Source: Chitinophagaceae bacterium (lineage in GTDB: Bacteria > Bacteroidota > Bacteroidia > Chitinophagales > REEL01). Taken from it: a DNA stretch of 64,000 nucleotides. Each line of letters starts with the position of its first letter. Position 1 is the first letter of the stretch. A program made the position numbers and the translations under genes. Under the pieces are notes generated by a model. That model searched no databases and was not told where the DNA came from. It saw only the letters and a program-made list of their open reading frames with translations. The DNA is taken from contig REEL01000148.1 in the NCBI GenBank assembly GCA_007695095.1, positions 218 to 64,217 on the forward strand. The letters are read 5' to 3'. Below are positions 9,169-19,436 of this stretch, one piece after another.

Positions 9169-9426
9169 TAATTGTTATAATTTTTACCTCCTAAATATAA
9201 ATTTAACAGCTTAACAACTGATAATTAGTGAAATTATTTAATAAAAAGATTTTTTGTTAATTGCAAAGTTACACTTTACTATGCTTGTTTTTGTACATTT
9301 TAGACCTATTAATATTCGAATTAAATTTTATAACATTATATCGCCGGTTTTATAAGAAAAGCCTTAAATTAAAGTTCCTTATAAATACAGATAAAAAAAT
9401 AAATTTGTTAATTGAGAAAACAACAG

Positions 9427-9434
9427 TATTTTTG
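9427..9434 (+). promoter_or_regulatory. Candidate Bacteroidota -7 promoter box for the lipoprotein gene
   Basis: TATTTTTG matches TAnnTTTG and lies 56 nt upstream of the ATG at 9490. Confidence 0.3.
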
Positions 9435-9489
9435 CCTTTTAGTCCAAAATAAACTTTTGACTTTTAATTTTTTCTTAAAAAACAAACAC

Positions 9490-10023
9490 ATGAAAAACAT
9501 ATCAATAATATTTTTAAGTCTTGTAATAGCACTTTTTTTTAACGCTTGTGGCAGTGAGAAAGAAAAAAAGGAATCTGAAAAAACGAAAGTAGAGACGGAA
9601 GAGTCTGAAGAAGTTATTGCGAAAGACCCGGAATTGATGAAACCATATGACACACTCGCCAGAGAAGAAATTCGTGAAAATCTGGATATAATTTTGAAAT
9701 ATGCCTCAGAGGGTAAGGTGCAGGAAGTAGCTAAGTTGATGGCTTATAAAGGCAGCGAAACGGATAGACACTTAAAAACGAATCTCAACTTCAATAATCC
9801 AAATGAGCAGTTCACTGCCCAGTCAACTACAGATGTTATTAATATTTGGCTAAACCAATCTGAAAGCACGGAATATGGGACATTCAGAGAAAATGAAACT
9901 CAGGATGGGTACACCGAATACATACAGGAACTGGTTTTTATGGCTTCTCTAAATACCGAAAGAAGACGATTTGTTTTTGTGAGGACTCCGGACAAAGGCT
10001 TTTTACTGTCAAATGTTCAGTAA
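9490..10023 (+). CDS. Lipoprotein of unknown function
   Basis: The internal ATG at 9490 gives MKNISIIFLSLVIALFFNACGSEKEKK, a lipobox-like signal peptide with Cys. The upstream extension from 9412 has no signal character. Confidence 0.7.
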   Translation: MKNISIIFLSLVIALFFNACGSEKEKKESEKTKVETEESEEVIAKDPELMKPYDTLAREEIRENLDIILKYASEGKVQEVAKLMAYKGSETDRHLKTNLNFNNPNEQFTAQSTTDVINIWLNQSESTEYGTFRENETQDGYTEYIQELVFMASLNTERRRFVFVRTPDKGFLLSNVQ

Positions 10024-10037
10024 AAATTCAGCTTTTA

Positions 10038-11330
10038 TTAAAAAAGCATACCGGCAATAGTGGCTGTCATAAAAGCAGCTAAAGTTCCACCAATAAGTGC
10101 TCTTATGCCCAGTGAAGAAAGCGTTTTTCTTTGACCGGGAGCAATGGCACCTATACCTCCAATTTGAATACCTATAGAAGCAAAATTGGCAAATCCACAC
10201 AGAGCATAAGTTGCAATTATGATTGACTTTTCACTTATAATCAGTCCTTCGTCTTTGAATTCACCTAAGGATGCATAAGCAAAAAACTCATTGAGTATTG
10301 TCTTTTCACCTAAAAGCTGACCAATCAGCACCATATCGTGCGCCGGAACCCCTAAAACCCATGCCAATGGTGAAAAGAGCATTCCAAGCAAAAACTGAAG
10401 AGTAAAACCCTCATACCTGCCGTCCGTTTGAGCCACTATCAAGTCATTTAACCCTGTCCAGCTTCCGATTCCTTGAAAAAATAAATAATTCATCATATAG
10501 ATAAGCGCTGTGAATGTTAAAAGCATAGCTCCAACATTTATGGCAAGCTTAAGACCATCTGTTGTTCCATTTGAAATAGCATCTAAAAAATTAGATCCGA
10601 TTTTTTCTTTTGGAATAATTATTTCCCTTTCGAGTTTTTCAGGATTCGTTTCCGGCAAAATTATCTTTGCGGCTACTATAGCTGCAGGGGCCGACATTAT
10701 TGATGCAGACAATAAATGAGATGCAAAAAGGAGTTGCATTTCTCTGTCAGTACCACCCAAAAATCCCACATAGGCCGCAAAAACACCTCCGGCAATAGTT
10801 GCCATACCTCCTGTCATCAGGCAAAAAATTTCAGATTTAGACATCTTTTCGAGATATGGCTTAACAACTAAGGGCGCTTCTGTTTGTCCAATAAAGATGT
10901 TTGCTGCCGCAGCTAAGCTCTCAGCTCCGGACAATCGCATAGTTTTTCCCATTATCCATGCAAACACAAAAACGATTCTTTGTAAAATCCCTAAATAATA
11001 CAGTAAAGATGAAAGCGCTGAAAAAAAGACAATAGTCGGCAAGACCTGAAAGGCAAAAATAAACCCGAATGTGCTTGTGTCTGCTACCAATCCGGCAAAT
11101 AAAAACTCAGCTCCCGCACTGCTGAATTCCAAAACTATTACAAAAAAATTAGCAACAAATTCAAATCCCTGTCTTACTAAAGGGACTTTTAACACTCCAA
11201 CTGCAAAGATAAATTGCAGAATAACACCGGTGACAACAAGTCTCCAGTCAATTTTTGACCTGTGTTTACTTATCGCAAAAGCAATTAAAAGTAAGACAGA
11301 AATCCCAAGCAATCCCCTTATTACATCCAT
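10038..11330 (-). CDS. Concentrative nucleoside transporter (NupC/CNT family)
   Basis: 430-aa polytopic membrane protein. The N-terminus GLLGISVLLLIAFAISKHRSKIDWRLVVTGVILQFIFA and its length and organisation are typical of the NupC family. Confidence 0.8.
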   Translation of the reverse strand: MDVIRGLLGISVLLLIAFAISKHRSKIDWRLVVTGVILQFIFAVGVLKVPLVRQGFEFVANFFVIVLEFSSAGAEFLFAGLVADTSTFGFIFAFQVLPTIVFFSALSSLLYYLGILQRIVFVFAWIMGKTMRLSGAESLAAAANIFIGQTEAPLVVKPYLEKMSKSEIFCLMTGGMATIAGGVFAAYVGFLGGTDREMQLLFASHLLSASIMSAPAAIVAAKIILPETNPEKLEREIIIPKEKIGSNFLDAISNGTTDGLKLAINVGAMLLTFTALIYMMNYLFFQGIGSWTGLNDLIVAQTDGRYEGFTLQFLLGMLFSPLAWVLGVPAHDMVLIGQLLGEKTILNEFFAYASLGEFKDEGLIISEKSIIIATYALCGFANFASIGIQIGGIGAIAPGQRKTLSSLGIRALIGGTLAAFMTATIAGMLF

Positions 11331-11539
11331 GTAGGCATTTACTAAATTGTATAATCTATTCTTTTAGGCGGCTAAAGTTAATAAAATCTTCTAAAAAAGA
11401 AACACTTTATATTTTTCTGATAGAAATCTGAATTTTTCCGACCATTGAAATTAGTAAAAAAAAGCTTCCATACTGCATAATTAAAGTGAAATAGATTGAA
11501 AAACCCTTTTTAAAACTTTACTTTTGCAAAAAAATAAAA

Positions 11540-12100
11540 ATGAATTCCTGGCATAATATCTCATACGGGGAACACAGCCCCAGAATAGTACAAAGTATAA
11601 TAGAAATCCCAAAAGGAAGTAAAGGAAAGTTTGAACTCGATAAAGAAACCGGCATGCTAAGACTTGATCGGGTTTTGTTTTCCTCCGTTCACTATCCGGC
11701 TAATTATGGTTTCATTCCACAAACCTACTGTGAAGACAAAGATCCTTTAGATATTTTAGTAATTTCCTCGATTCAAATACCCCATATGTGTATTTTGAAT
11801 GCAAAAGTTATTGGTGTAATGCGAATGCTTGATCAGGGCGAAGCAGATGATAAAATTATTGCTGTTGCTGATAACGATATTTCCGTGGGTCACATAAAAG
11901 AAATAGAAGAACTTCCTCCACATACAATTGCTGAAATGAGAAGATTTTTTGAAGATTACAAAAAATTGGAAAAAAAGGAATCGCTGGTACAGGACTTTTT
12001 AGGCAGACAAGAAGCTTACAGAATTGTAAACGAAAGTATTGAGCTTTATAAAAAAGAGATCAAACCTAATGTCGCCGAAAAACTCTACAAAAGTTTATAA
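11540..12100 (+). CDS. ppa: Inorganic pyrophosphatase (family I)
   Basis: HYPANYGFIPQTYCEDKDPLDILV and EADDKIIAV are family I PPase active-site regions. The length is 186 aa. Confidence 0.92.
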   Translation: MNSWHNISYGEHSPRIVQSIIEIPKGSKGKFELDKETGMLRLDRVLFSSVHYPANYGFIPQTYCEDKDPLDILVISSIQIPHMCILNAKVIGVMRMLDQGEADDKIIAVADNDISVGHIKEIEELPPHTIAEMRRFFEDYKKLEKKESLVQDFLGRQEAYRIVNESIELYKKEIKPNVAEKLYKSL

Positions 12101-12670
12101 TACCTGACGGTGAAAGGATAGCTGAACTCTTCGAATGCTATCTAAAACATCATCGGTTTCTGTGATTATTTTACTTCCCTGATGAGCATCATCCTCAGGG
12201 ATAAGCATGTACTTTTGTCCTCCGGATAATTCAACCAATACCGCACATTCTATAACTATCTCTACTTTGGTTGCGCCTTCCGGATTGAAGAAATGCTTTT
12301 GAGTAAAAAACTGAATATTATCTAATTTGCCAATAGTTTTTAACTCGATATTCTGCTCGCTTTCCAAAACCTTTGCTTCAAATTTTTTCAACACTATAGT
12401 GGCAACAGAATAGTTATCTTCCAACATTTTTGAAGTAATGGTAAAAAAATAAGTTTCATTTTCTGCCACTAACACTAAGCCACAATTATTTTTCATTTCC
12501 TCAAAAGTATACTCATACACTTTTACATTCTTTCCAACCAACTCAATTAAATCTTCAAATAATTCATCTGATAAGACTATTCGCATAACTCTGCTTTTTA
12601 AAATATTTTTTAAAGCTCCAAAATTACAATAAGCAATATAGAAAGCTTTAAATTTTTCAGAAATAGCCAA
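12095..12670 (-). CDS. Hypothetical cytoplasmic protein
   Basis: Clean 191-aa ORF convergent with ppa. No motif was recognised. An alternative start is the ATG at 12586 (MRIVLSDELFEDL). Confidence 0.55.
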   Translation of the reverse strand: MAISEKFKAFYIAYCNFGALKNILKSRVMRIVLSDELFEDLIELVGKNVKVYEYTFEEMKNNCGLVLVAENETYFFTITSKMLEDNYSVATIVLKKFEAKVLESEQNIELKTIGKLDNIQFFTQKHFFNPEGATKVEIVIECAVLVELSGGQKYMLIPEDDAHQGSKIITETDDVLDSIRRVQLSFHRQVL

Positions 12671-12694
12671 AAAACTTTTACATCCTTCATTGAA

Positions 12695-15600
12695 ATGTTG
12701 TTATTTTGCAATGCTAAACAATCATCTATTTTGAGGCTGACAGATTTGCACATTAAGGGTTTTAAAAGTTTTGCTGAGAAAACACACATTTCCTTCGACA
12801 ATAACATTACCGGAGTTGTCGGACCGAATGGTTGTGGCAAATCAAATATTGTAGATGCTATCCGTTGGGTTTTGGGCGAGCAAAAGACTACCTCTCTGCG
12901 ACTTGAAAAAATGGAAAATATTATTTTCAACGGAACCCGTAAAAGAAAAGCTTCAGGCTTAGCAGAAGTAAGCCTGACTTTTGAAAATACTAAAAATAAT
13001 CTGCCAACAGAGTTTACCTCAGTTACTGTCACCAGAATTTTACACAGAGATGGAGAAAGTGAATATCGCCTCAATGATGTTCCCTGCCGTTTGAAAGATA
13101 TTACAAATCTCTTTTTAGACACCGGAATCAGCAGTGATTCTTATGCTATCATAGAGCTGAAAATGATAGATGAAATTTTGAATGACCGCGATAACTCACG
13201 CAGAAAACTCTTTGAACAGGCAGCCGGTATTAGTAAGTATAAACAGCGAAAAAAAGAAACCCTCCAAAAGCTTTCCGCCACGGATGCAGATTTAGAACGA
13301 GTGGAAGACTTGCTTTTTGAAATTGAGGGAAATCTTAAAAGTCTTGAAAAACAGGCCAGAAAAGCAGAACGATTCAAAAAGCTAAAAGCAGAATATAAAG
13401 AGTGCAGCTTAAATCTAATATCTATTCAACTAGATGATATAAAAAATGCCTATCACAAGCTTGAAAAACAAATTGATGATGAAAAACTAAAAGTTTCTGA
13501 GCTTGACGGGGAGATTGCTAAGCTCAACAGTTTTATTGAAAAAGAGAAAACAACTCTTTTAGATAAAGAAAAAGAATTGAGTCAATCCCAACACTCTGTA
13601 AACAACCTGAATAACAAAATCAATAAACTTGAAAACAGCCTGAATATTCAAAAGCAGGAAATTAAATTTTTGGAAGAAAAGCTGTTACAACTTCAAAAAC
13701 AGGAAAAAGAAGCCGGACCCAAACGACAATCTTTTGAAAAAGACATTGAAAATCTAACTATTTTAAAAGTTCAAGTAGATGAGGAAGTGGCAGTACTTGA
13801 AACAAAAGTCAAGCAACTTCAAGAGGCAAATACGAATGAGGAATCAGAAAAAACAGAACTTGAAACTCAACTCAAAAAAGTAAAATCCGAATCAGCGGAA
13901 CTGCAAAAAGAAATCGTTGAATTTGAAAAAAAATCAGCTGTTTTTGAAGCCCGCTTTCAAAATCTCGAGTTAAACTTTAAAAAAACAGATGTTGAAGAAA
14001 AAGAGAAAAGAGACAAAATTCAACATTTGCAAACTGAACTAAACACATTTTCAGCCAATAAAAAAAATGAAGAAAACAAGCTGGCAGACATTGAAAAAGA
14101 AGTAGAAAATCACCTTCAAAAAAAGAAAGACTTAGCAGATAAAAAAGACGGCTTAAAAGAAAAACTTTCATCTACTGAAAGAAAATGGGATGCCCGGAAA
14201 AATGAATATACCTTAGTGAAGAGTCTGGTAGACAATATGGAAGGTTTCCCGGAATCAATAAGATATTTGAAAAAAGGGACGGAATTTATGCAAAACATCC
14301 CCCTGCTTTCTGATGTAATTTACAGTGAAAATAAGTACCGGCCTGCAATAGAGAACTTTTTAGAACCTTATTTGAACTACTTCATAGTACCGGACTGGGA
14401 AACTGCAGATAAAGCAGTAAAAACACTTAACGATAGTGCAAAAGGCAGAGCTAACTTTTTTATTCTCAGTGCTTTTGGTAATGAAAAATCAAATAGAGCA
14501 AATGAAATAGAAGGTACTGTGAGAGCGATAGATGTTATTGAAGCCGATCAAAAATTTATGCCTTTATTGGAATACCTGTTTCAAAAGGTTTACATAGCTG
14601 AAGAGCAAGCTAAAAGCACCCTCAACCTAAGCGAAAAAGGAAATGTATTGCTAGATTCTGAAGGGCGATGGATAAAAGGTGACAAACAATTGTCAGGTGG
14701 CTCTGTGGGGCTGTTTGAAGGCAAAAGAATCGGCAGGGCTAAGTCGCTGGAAAAATTAAAAAAAGAGATTGAAAATCTGGAAAAGCAAAGCTGGGATTTA
14801 AAAGGACAAATTGATGGTGTTAATCAAAAAGAACAGGAACTAGAAAGAATTGACCCGGCAAAATCCCTTATTAAAGTGAGTGAAGACATTCAATCTTTAC
14901 AGCAACAGATAAATATTGTTCATGCTAAAATTGAACAGATAAATGCGAATATAGAGGAAAATAAGTCCAAAAACATAGCTATCTCGGATGAAATTCAGCA
15001 AATCAAAACTGAAAAACAGGCATTAGAAGAAAAAATTGCAGTTCGCAAAAAAACGCTAAAAACACTAAATGAATCCCAACAGCAGTTTGAAGAAAAATTT
15101 CAACAAAAAGCTGAGCAATTATCTGCAAACAAACAATCTTTCAATGATGTGAACTTAAGTTTTCATCAAAAAAAGAATCATCAGGAAAATTTGAAAAAAG
15201 AAATTCTCCAAAAAAACATCCGCATAGACGAGATAATTGAAGAAAACAAACACATTAGACGCGAGATAGTAACCGGAGAAGAAAAAATTAGCGAATTAAT
15301 TAAGTCAGTTAAAGTTACTGAAGAAAATGTGCATAATGCCCATGATGAAAAAAAGCTATTAGAAAAAACCCTTACGGCAGATGAAAACACTTTTTTTGAA
15401 GCAAAAGCAAAACTTCAGGAAAAAGAAAAAAGCCTTCGGGAAAAACAAAATGCACAGCGACAAAATGAAGAGCTTTTAAAAGAATTAAATGAAAAAATTA
15501 CTGATTTTAAAATAAAACTCAGTGGTCTCAGAGAGCGTCTTAAAATTGAATTCAATACTGACATCAATGATTTAATAAATGAAGAATCCGACAAAAGTCT

Positions 15601-16270
15601 TTCAGAATCTGAGGCCATAGAAAAAACACAAAAACTAAAACACCGCATAGAAACTTTTGGAGAGGTAAATCCAATGGCAATTGAAGCCTATGAAGAAATG
15701 AAAAGTCGCTATGACTTTATAATCGAGCAGCGTAAAGACTTAACAGATGCAAAAACATCCTTAGTTACTACCATAAATAAAATTGAAGACACGGCTAAAA
15801 GTAGATTTTTAGAAGCTTTTGTAAAAGTCAGAGAAAACTTCCAAATGGTATTTAGGGGTCTTTTTACCGAAGAAGATCAGTGTGATTTGAGTTTAGTTAA
15901 TCCGGACAATCCCCTTGAATCGGGCATACAAATTTTTGCTCAGCCAAAAGGTAAAAGGCCACAAGTAATTGATCAGCTGAGCGGAGGAGAAAAAGCCTTA
16001 ACAGCTCTATCCCTTTTATTTTCCCTTTACCTGTTAAAGCCGGCTCCATTCTGCATTTTAGATGAAGTAGATGCTCCTTTGGACGATGCCAATATTGAAA
16101 AGTTTAACAAAACAATTCGCTCATTTTCTGAAAAATCTCAGTTTATACTGGTTACTCACAACAAGCTTACCATGTCATCTGTTGATGTGATTTATGGAGT
16201 AACTATGGCAGAACAGGGAGTTTCAAAAGTTGTACCTGTTAATTTTAGTGAATTAAAAGCTGCATCTTAA
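12695..16270 (+). CDS. smc: Chromosome segregation protein SMC
   Basis: N-terminal LRLTDLHIKGFKSFAEKTHISFDNNITGVVGPNGCGKSNIVDAIRWVLGEQ (Walker A). A long coiled coil and hinge follow. The C-terminus has LSGGEKALTALSLLF and ILDEVDAPLD (signature and Walker B). The true start is probably the TTG at 12731. Confidence 0.95.
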   Translation: MLLFCNAKQSSILRLTDLHIKGFKSFAEKTHISFDNNITGVVGPNGCGKSNIVDAIRWVLGEQKTTSLRLEKMENIIFNGTRKRKASGLAEVSLTFENTKNNLPTEFTSVTVTRILHRDGESEYRLNDVPCRLKDITNLFLDTGISSDSYAIIELKMIDEILNDRDNSRRKLFEQAAGISKYKQRKKETLQKLSATDADLERVEDLLFEIEGNLKSLEKQARKAERFKKLKAEYKECSLNLISIQLDDIKNAYHKLEKQIDDEKLKVSELDGEIAKLNSFIEKEKTTLLDKEKELSQSQHSVNNLNNKINKLENSLNIQKQEIKFLEEKLLQLQKQEKEAGPKRQSFEKDIENLTILKVQVDEEVAVLETKVKQLQEANTNEESEKTELETQLKKVKSESAELQKEIVEFEKKSAVFEARFQNLELNFKKTDVEEKEKRDKIQHLQTELNTFSANKKNEENKLADIEKEVENHLQKKKDLADKKDGLKEKLSSTERKWDARKNEYTLVKSLVDNMEGFPESIRYLKKGTEFMQNIPLLSDVIYSENKYRPAIENFLEPYLNYFIVPDWETADKAVKTLNDSAKGRANFFILSAFGNEKSNRANEIEGTVRAIDVIEADQKFMPLLEYLFQKVYIAEEQAKSTLNLSEKGNVLLDSEGRWIKGDKQLSGGSVGLFEGKRIGRAKSLEKLKKEIENLEKQSWDLKGQIDGVNQKEQELERIDPAKSLIKVSEDIQSLQQQINIVHAKIEQINANIEENKSKNIAISDEIQQIKTEKQALEEKIAVRKKTLKTLNESQQQFEEKFQQKAEQLSANKQSFNDVNLSFHQKKNHQENLKKEILQKNIRIDEIIEENKHIRREIVTGEEKISELIKSVKVTEENVHNAHDEKKLLEKTLTADENTFFEAKAKLQEKEKSLREKQNAQRQNEELLKELNEKITDFKIKLSGLRERLKIEFNTDINDLINEESDKSLSESEAIEKTQKLKHRIETFGEVNPMAIEAYEEMKSRYDFIIEQRKDLTDAKTSLVTTINKIEDTAKSRFLEAFVKVRENFQMVFRGLFTEEDQCDLSLVNPDNPLESGIQIFAQPKGKRPQVIDQLSGGEKALTALSLLFSLYLLKPAPFCILDEVDAPLDDANIEKFNKTIRSFSEKSQFILVTHNKLTMSSVDVIYGVTMAEQGVSKVVPVNFSELKAAS

Positions 16271-16300
16271 AATCAACAGGCTTTTTAACACTATACCTGC

Positions 16301-16888
16301 TCATGCATCTTCTTCCAGAAAAGAAATATCAAAAAAGTAACTCTCCGGATTATCTTTATTTATATAAATATACGTGTGTTTTTGGGATCCCATATGAAAA
16401 CGCAGCGTAGAGGCATCCTTATACACAACAGGACTATAATAGGTGATTATAGCATTGTTCAATTCTTTTTTATAAACAATTACAGATTGAGATAATTCCT
16501 GATTCCCATTTGAAGCATCGTTACTGTTAAATAAATCAAAAATTGATACGCTATTATAATCTGAGGGTGAATTTTCTTTTACATAGTTATTGGTTAAAAT
16601 TTCACATTCATCCAGATTCACCTTTACTTTAACCGCGTTTTCTTTGAAGGAAGACAAATGCCGGTTGGTCATCACCTTGCTATTCGTTACAACTGAATCA
16701 TCAATACTGTTTAATAGTCTAAAACCTCCGATTAAAAAAGCGATTCCGGCAAACACTCCAATCCAGGGGTAAGTAAGAAAACTTCCGGAATAAGTCCAGA
16801 AGAAAACAATCATAACCAAACCCAAAGCAATCAGCAAAAATGCTGAGCAAACTTTAAGCTTGTTCGTTAAATATGAATTGGTAGACAT
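16301..16888 (-). CDS. Membrane protein of unknown function (two N-terminal TM segments plus a soluble domain)
   Basis: Hydrophobic segments CSAFLLIALGLVMIVFFW and GVFAGIAFLIGGF. No catalytic motif. Confidence 0.6.
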   Translation of the reverse strand: MSTNSYLTNKLKVCSAFLLIALGLVMIVFFWTYSGSFLTYPWIGVFAGIAFLIGGFRLLNSIDDSVVTNSKVMTNRHLSSFKENAVKVKVNLDECEILTNNYVKENSPSDYNSVSIFDLFNSNDASNGNQELSQSVIVYKKELNNAIITYYSPVVYKDASTLRFHMGSQKHTYIYINKDNPESYFFDISFLEEDA

Positions 16889-16944
16889 AAATAATGCTTA
16901 TGTCTACTAAGTTAATAAATATTTTTTCTAATATTAAATAGATT

Positions 16945-17496
16945 CTAGAGAATTTCCATTAAAAAATCATCTATCTGTTTCTCAATCAATTTTAAGGTAG
17001 AATCATCCTTAAGCCCATTATCATCTAATAAGTTTTCAATGGAAGAAAGTGGGAGTCTGTTATGAAAAACAGACATTTTTAAATGTAAAAAAATTCCGCT
17101 TAAGTGTTCCATTCCCCTTAGGTTACCTGCTCTTCCGGCTGCCACACCTGTTAATGAAACTTTTTTTCCGTGAAAACTTTTTTTAACGTCTGAACTATCG
17201 ATAAATAATTTTAAAATCCCCGGAAAGCTTCCATTATACTCAGGAGCCACTAAAATTATTTTTTCTGCCGGAAAAATATAAGATTCCATTAGTTTTTGCC
17301 ATTCCGGATCTCGTTTTTCATACATAGTATTGCTCAGGAAGTTTTTTGGTAAATCTTCCAGCGAAAAAAAGCAGTAATCAATCTTTTTTTCATCTAATAT
17401 CTTGCGGTAAACACCGGAAATAATGCTAGTTCTGCTATCTTTTCTATTTGTACCGTTTAAAAGTAGTATCATATTTTCAATTTTTTGTACAAACAT
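16945..17496 (-). CDS. NAD(P)H-dependent FMN reductase family oxidoreductase
   Basis: MILLLNGTNRKDSRT...ILVAPEYNGSFPGILKLFID is the flavodoxin-like NADPH-FMN reductase pattern. The likely true start is the ATG at 17472. Confidence 0.75.
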   Translation of the reverse strand: MFVQKIENMILLLNGTNRKDSRTSIISGVYRKILDEKKIDYCFFSLEDLPKNFLSNTMYEKRDPEWQKLMESYIFPAEKIILVAPEYNGSFPGILKLFIDSSDVKKSFHGKKVSLTGVAAGRAGNLRGMEHLSGIFLHLKMSVFHNRLPLSSIENLLDDNGLKDDSTLKLIEKQIDDFLMEIL

Positions 17497-17665
17497 AAGA
17501 ATACTAAAAAAGTTATCCCTAAATGTAGATTTTTTTAAAGATTCTACAAAAAATAAATCATGCTAAGTCAATGATATCAAGTTTAGCATATAAAAAGAAA
17601 TTTAACAGTTAAAAAATCTAAAAACATGAACAATATCAGCAGTCAAAATTTCGATATTAAAAGCT

Positions 17666-17673
17666 TATATTTG
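17666..17673 (+). promoter_or_regulatory. Candidate -7 promoter box for parA
   Basis: TATATTTG matches TAnnTTTG and lies 30 nt upstream of the parA ATG. Confidence 0.35.
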
Positions 17674-17702
17674 CAGTATACTAAAAGTCTTTTAAACAAC
17701 GT

Positions 17703-18503
17703 ATGGGAAAAGTTATAGCATTAGCAAATCAAAAAGGCGGAGTTGGTAAAACAACTTCAGCAATCAATCTGGCTGCCAGTTTTGCAGTCCTGGAATATAA
17801 AACTTTATTGCTTGATGTCGACCCTCAGGCAAATGCAACTTCAGGTGTTGGTTTTGACCCTAAGCACATTAAAACCAGCATTTATGAATGTATGATTAAT
17901 GAAGTTCGTCCGGCAGATATCATTTTGGAAACAGAAACACCAAATTTATACCTCCTCCCCTCTCATCTTGATTTAGTTGGTGCTGAAATAGAACTAATCA
18001 ACCACCCTAACCGGGAAAAAATAATGAAAACGGTGGTCAATGAGATAAAGGATGATTATGATTTTATAATCTTAGATTGTTCTCCTTCATTGGGACTTGT
18101 TACAGTAAATGCCCTTACAGCTGCAGATTCTGTGATAATACCTGTTCAGTGTGAGTATTTTGCATTAGAAGGTTTGGGAAAGTTATTAAATACCATTAAA
18201 ATAGTTCAAAGCAGATTAAACCCTGATTTACTTATTGAAGGGATTTTGTTAACCATGTTTGACACTCGTTTACGTTTATCAAACCAAATCGCTGAAGAAG
18301 TAAAACGTCACTTTAATGCCTTAGTATTTGATACTATAGTACACAGAAATACCCGTTTAGGAGAAGCTCCAAGTTTTGGTAAACCGGCAATTATGTACGA
18401 TGCAGAAAGCTCGGGAGCAATTAACTATCTAAATCTGTCGCGGGAAATTTTGCAAAAAAATGATATCACTAAAATTCCGCAATCAGACAAAATACTAGAA
18501 TAA
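17703..18503 (+). CDS. parA: Chromosome partitioning ATPase ParA/Soj
   Basis: KVIALANQKGGVGKTTSAINLAASFA (deviant Walker A), DYDFIILDCSPSLG, and 266 aa in length. Confidence 0.95.
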   Translation: MGKVIALANQKGGVGKTTSAINLAASFAVLEYKTLLLDVDPQANATSGVGFDPKHIKTSIYECMINEVRPADIILETETPNLYLLPSHLDLVGAEIELINHPNREKIMKTVVNEIKDDYDFIILDCSPSLGLVTVNALTAADSVIIPVQCEYFALEGLGKLLNTIKIVQSRLNPDLLIEGILLTMFDTRLRLSNQIAEEVKRHFNALVFDTIVHRNTRLGEAPSFGKPAIMYDAESSGAINYLNLSREILQKNDITKIPQSDKILE

Positions 18504-19394
18504 ATGAGTAAGCAAAAAGAAGCATTAGGAAAAGGAATCAGAGCCTTACTTGAAGGTTTGGATTCGGATGTGAAGAATGAAAGCATTCCTGAGCAGAAAA
18601 AAAAGATTTCCGGGAGTATTATACATATCCCCTTATCACAAATTGAGATAAATCCATTTCAACCCAGAGTTGATTTTGATAAAGAAAAATTAGGTGAACT
18701 GTCTGACTCTATTGTAGTTCATGGTGTGATTCAACCTATCACAGTGAGAATGATACAAGCAGACAAGTATCAGTTAATAGCCGGTGAAAGAAGATTAAGA
18801 GCTTCTAAAATGGCCGGATTAACAGAAGTACCTGCTTTTATCAGAACTGCTGATGATCAGGAAATGCTTGAAATGGCTTTAATCGAGAATATTCAAAGAG
18901 AAGATTTAAACTCTATTGAAATTGCTATTAACTATAAACGCCTGATGGATGAGTGTGAAATAAATCACGAAAAATTAGGTGAAAGACTCGGAAAAAACCG
19001 CTCTACAATAACAAACTATCTGAGATTGTTAAAGTTACCCCCTGAAATTCAGTCAGGTATTAAAACTAAAAAAATCAGTATGGGTCACGCAAGAGCAATC
19101 ATTAATGTTGAAGATCCGGTCACGCAACTTGCCATTTATAAAGACATCCTTAAACGCGATTTATCTGTAAGAAAAGTTGAAGAAATTACCAGAAATCTTA
19201 ATGATAAAACCAAACCTAAAGACGAAAATAAAAAAGCTGATTTATCTCCGGAATTAAAGAAAATTGAAGATGGACTAACCTCTCTTTTCAGTACTAAAGT
19301 GAGAATTAAAAAGAAGAGCAAGGGAGGTGAGATTAATATTTCTTTCTATTCTAAAGAAGATTTAAATAGAATTCTCGACTTCCTGGAAAAATAA
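18504..19394 (+). CDS. parB: Chromosome partitioning protein ParB/Spo0J
   Basis: IQPITVR...YQLIAGERRLRASKMAGLTEVPAFIR (ParB box) and an HTH region RSTITNYLRLLKL. It starts directly after the parA stop. Confidence 0.95.
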   Translation: MSKQKEALGKGIRALLEGLDSDVKNESIPEQKKKISGSIIHIPLSQIEINPFQPRVDFDKEKLGELSDSIVVHGVIQPITVRMIQADKYQLIAGERRLRASKMAGLTEVPAFIRTADDQEMLEMALIENIQREDLNSIEIAINYKRLMDECEINHEKLGERLGKNRSTITNYLRLLKLPPEIQSGIKTKKISMGHARAIINVEDPVTQLAIYKDILKRDLSVRKVEEITRNLNDKTKPKDENKKADLSPELKKIEDGLTSLFSTKVRIKKKSKGGEINISFYSKEDLNRILDFLEK

Positions 19395-19436
19395 ACTGCT
19401 CGTTTTTTCATTATTCATTTAATAAATAACCGGCAT

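Noticed and set aside
13141-15648. Several 60-78-aa minus-strand ORFs inside smc (13141-13377, 13977-14171, 14116-14298, 15181-15390, 15415-15648).
   Set aside because: They are antisense to a highly confident SMC coiled-coil region. The Lys/Glu-rich sense codons generate Phe/Ser/Leu-rich antisense frames with no stops.
17497-17702. AT-rich intergenic regions next to parA (17497-17702) and downstream of the NdpA-like gene (37624-37966) as a possible replication origin.
   Set aside because: Only isolated, imperfect DnaA-box-like 9-mers are present (TTATCCCTA near 17512, TGTGGAAAT near 37931). There is no cluster and no adjacent dnaA or dnaN.
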